Part shown: positions 59,427 to 64,000 of the stretch, in pieces
How positions within the stretch are numbered: position 1 is the first letter of the stretch
Layout of the letters: every line of letters begins with the position of its first letter
Assembly: GCA_964016885.1 (NCBI GenBank)
Contig: OZ024754.1
Location: 12,896,001-12,960,000 of the forward strand
DNA from: Eledone cirrhosa
Lineage: Eukaryota
DNA: 64,000 nucleotides
Reading direction: 5' to 3'
The notes under the pieces: generated by a model
Databases searched by the model: none
Told to the model about the DNA's origin: nothing
What the model saw: only the letters and a program-made list of their open reading frames with translations
Position numbers and translations under genes: made by a program

Positions 59427-60755
59427 CATCATCATCATCATCCTCATCAGGTTTAGCGTCCGTGTTCCACGCTTGCATGGGTTTGGACGGGGGTTTTCCC
59501 ACTTGAGGCAAGAGTGGTTGTCTTGCTCGCATAGGACTGTCTGGCGGGTTTTCTACAGTTGGATGCCCTTCCTAACACCAACCACATTTACAGTGTGGGG
59601 CTGGGAGGTTTTTACCGTGTTGCCTACACGGCCACATTACAGCGTGGACTGTCTGGCGGGTTTTCTACAGCTGGATGCCCTTCCTAACACCAACCACATT
59701 TACAGTGTGGGGCTGGGAGGTTTTTACCGTGTTGCCTACACGGCCACATTTACAGCGTGGACTGTGTGTTTTTTCTCGTGACACCTACACGATCTCATTT
59801 GTTTCGGCCTGGATGTTGTGGGACCAACTTAACTTTACATTGAAAGGGGCGGTGTGGGTGGGGTGGAGGTGGTGGGACGGGGGTGTGTTTTGATAGAGAT
59901 GCCTACTGACTGTAGTAGGTTTTTACTTTGTATTTAGGTAAGGCGGGTCTTCTCTATTACTGAGTACCGCCAAAGGTCTCGGTCCAGTGACATTGTCTTG
60001 GAGAGGTGTAAGTGTGTGAGGTCGGAATTTATCAGCTCGTCCCATGTTTTTCTGGGTCTGCCTACTCCGTGGCTACCGTCTATCTTTATTGCCCTGCACT
60101 TTGTTATACAGCTGTCGTCTTTCATGCGCATCACGTGACCGTACCAACGTAGCCTTCTCTCGAGTAAACAACATCTGATCCCTCTTATTTCTAATTTTTT
60201 CCTTAGTTCGTTTATGCTTTGCCGTTCACGTATATTACTATTGCACATCCAGCGGAGCATGCAAGCTTCGTTCCTCTCTAGTCTGCGTATATCCTCTGCA
60301 CACAATGCCCAGGTCTCACTGCCATGCAGCATTGCTGTTCGTATGCAGGCATCGTATAACCTGCCTTTCATTTTTAGGGAGAACCCTCTAGCGGCTAATA
60401 GTGGTATAAGCTCTCTGAACTTTTTCCATCCAGTTCTGACTCTAGCTACTGTACTTTCAGAGCACCCTCCCCCACTGCTGATTTTGTTACCCAGATAACG
60501 GAAGCTGTCCACTATTTCTATAGAACCCTCTGCGCAGTTGAAGGAGCTAGTATTTTGTGGGCACTTGCTGCTACTTATTGCACCAGAGCACCGGCCACAT
60601 GTAAAATCTATGTTCTTAGTTAGCTTACCTGTGATCCCACTACATCTTTTATGCACCCATACTTTGCATTTGGGACATAAAATGGAGTTTCTACCTACGC
60701 CTTTCCTACACACTGAGCATGGCGATTTCCCCGATGGGACCGCCTCCTTATTTTC
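59426..60755 (-). mobile_element. 5'-truncated RTE LINE of the PHD-containing family
   Basis: ORF 59934-60713 is clearly homologous to the C-terminus of 20177-23296, including the PHD. It has a (GAT)n tail and a 112-bp duplication in the 3' UTR (59534/59646). Confidence 0.92.
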
Positions 60756-60769
60756 TTATATATATATAT

Positions 60770-61300
60770 ATGTACACGTACATACATATATGTATACAGA
60801 CGTACAGTAGTATGTATATATATATATATACATACATGCACACATATATATATATGTACGTATGGATTCACCGAACATTTATTATAATGCTCGGTGTGTT
60901 TGTAAACAAACATCCCGTATTAAGCCGTAGTGTCTAGCAACCATCGTTGCTCGTTTGTTCAACACTGACAAAGGAACGCTGTACTAGTTTCAAGCTTATT
61001 AGTTATCGTCAGCAACGTATACCTTCCTGCCAGATTGTTGAACGTATATACTTACCTTATGCATATTAACGGCTGAGTAGCCCAATTTGCATATTGGGTG
61101 GGTTAATCGGCCGGGTGCACCGAAAACGATAAGCGGAAAAAATGAAACGTAATTTCATTTCCCACTCTTAGTACGGCTGTTACTTAAATATAAGTATGTA
61201 CACGTACGTCGGTATACATATATGTATGTACGTGTACATACTTATATTTAAGTAACAGCCGTACTAAGAGTGGGAAATGAAATTTCGTTTCATTTTTTCC

Positions 61301-61306
<6 letters not shown>
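60770..61306 (-). mobile_element. Retrozyme-like 426-bp monomer with HHR and terminal fold-back
   Basis: ATGTACACGTAC recurs at 60770 and 61196. A palindrome lies at 61129-61207 / 61228-61306. Octamer ATTTGCAT at 61085-61092. Collinear with 12735-13200. Confidence 0.75.
60976..61018 (-). ncRNA. Minimal type I hammerhead ribozyme
   Basis: ACGTTG-CTGACGA-TAACTAATAAGCTT-GAAA-CTAG-TA-CAGCGT. Confidence 0.78.
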
Positions 61307-62650
<1,344 letters not shown>

Positions 62651-62651
<1 letters not shown>

Positions 62652-63823
62652 TGGTGTCACTGGAAAGCTGCTGCAGTGGATCAAGAGCTTCCTGTCAAAC
62701 AGAACCCAACATGTTGTAGTTGAAGGAGTCAAATCCAGCCCAGCCAAAGTCAGTAGTGGGGTCCCACAAGGCACTGTGTTGCGCCCACTTCTCTTCATCA
62801 TCTATATTAATGACATCACTGACATCATCAAACACAGCAACATTAACATTTTCGCTGATGATTTCAAGCTCCAAAAGGTCATCAATGGCGTGGATGACCG
62901 GATAAGCCTTCAGTCAGACCTACTGGCTGTTACCCAATGGGCGGAAAAGAACAACATGTTACTGAACGAAGACAAATTCGAACTGATCCACTTTGGAAAA
63001 GAGGATGCCCTGAAACTCCCGTACTCCCTTCCCTCTGGGGAAACTCTCGTGGCATCTAACAACATCAGAGACTTGGGAGTAACCGTGGACAGCAACATAA
63101 GCTGGGCCACGCATATAAGCAGCAAAGTTGACATGGCCCGCAGAATGTGTTCCTGGATCCTCAGAACCTTCCAGTCGAGAGATTCCCACACCGTTATCCT
63201 TCTCTTCTCTACTTTTGCCCGACCACACCTTGAATACTGTTGTCCACTGTGGTCTCCCCACACGAAACAAAGTATCATGAAACTTGAAGCTCCTCAAAGG
63301 GCAATCACGAAAAAGATAGATGGCATGTCAGACCTTGACTACTGGGGTCGACTAGAAAAGCTGAAACTTTACTCACTCCAACGTCGCCGTGAGCGTTATA
63401 TTATCTGCATGATGTGGAAAATGTTCCATCATCACTGCCCAAATGATGTTGGCATAGCCTTCAAGATACACCCAAGGCTTGGGCCCCGTGCTATCCGTCC
63501 CATACAAAAATCTAAATCGCAACTCATAACAACAATACGGCACAATTATTTCACCTCAATTGGTCCTGCTCTCTTCAACATCACATCAGGACACGTCAAA
63601 ACAGAAACTGACCACACAAAATGCAAGAAGTCTTTGGACAAATTCCTCCAAGTAATCCCGGACAAACCACCCACACCCGGATATGTCTCCGCAAACAGTA
63701 ATTCTCTTCTCGAATGGGCCATGGTGCCCAAATCCTGAATTGAAAGACTTCGCCAGGTGGTGCTATTAAGTTAGACATGGCCTGGGCCAATACTGGCCAA
63801 AGCATTTCAAAGTTATTCAAAGT

Positions 63824-63825
<2 letters not shown>
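62651..63825 (+). mobile_element. 5'-truncated CR1/L2-type LINE (RT C-terminal part, frame open to 63738)
   Basis: [38 protein letters not shown] and SLQRRRERY. The 3' end has a GGCCA/TGGCC hairpin and a (TTCAAAGTTA)2 tail. Confidence 0.92.
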
Positions 63826-63859
<34 letters not shown>

Positions 63860-64000
63860 TATGTATGTATATATATATATATATGTATGTATATATATAT
63901 GTATGTATATATATATATATGTATGTATATATATATATATGTATGTATATATATATATATGTATGTATATATATATATATTATGTATGTATATATATATA

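Overview
Eukaryotic, extremely AT- and microsatellite-rich, non-genic DNA. The repeat families look like those of a cephalopod (Octopus-like) genome; this is an inference. No host protein-coding gene can be supported, and nearly all long ORFs in the track are translations of (TA)n, (CA)n, (CCA)n or minisatellite arrays. The real content is a nest of retroelements. There are two CR1/L2-type LINE 3' portions and one apparently intact RTE-clade LINE (APE-RT ORF of 1039 aa, with a PHD finger inserted inside the RT and about six ~407-bp tandem monomers upstream). There is also a truncated relative of that LINE, a decayed full-length RTE/BovB-type LINE, five Penelope-like (RT + GIY-YIG) elements of at least three lineages, tRNA-type SINEs, a hAT-type MITE and a two-part 28-bp minisatellite. 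The most striking hidden signal is RNA-level: about 25 type I hammerhead ribozyme (HHR) motifs, read by eye. They sit in Penelope pseudo-LTRs, in non-coding fold-back elements and in 430-470 bp retrozyme-like monomers carrying octamer motifs. They include core variants (CCGAAGA, CAGAAGA, GAUA), versions with 100+ nt stem II insertions, and a chimeric Penelope/retrozyme/Penelope junction. All ribozyme calls are manual motif and pairing reads and have not been folded or tested.
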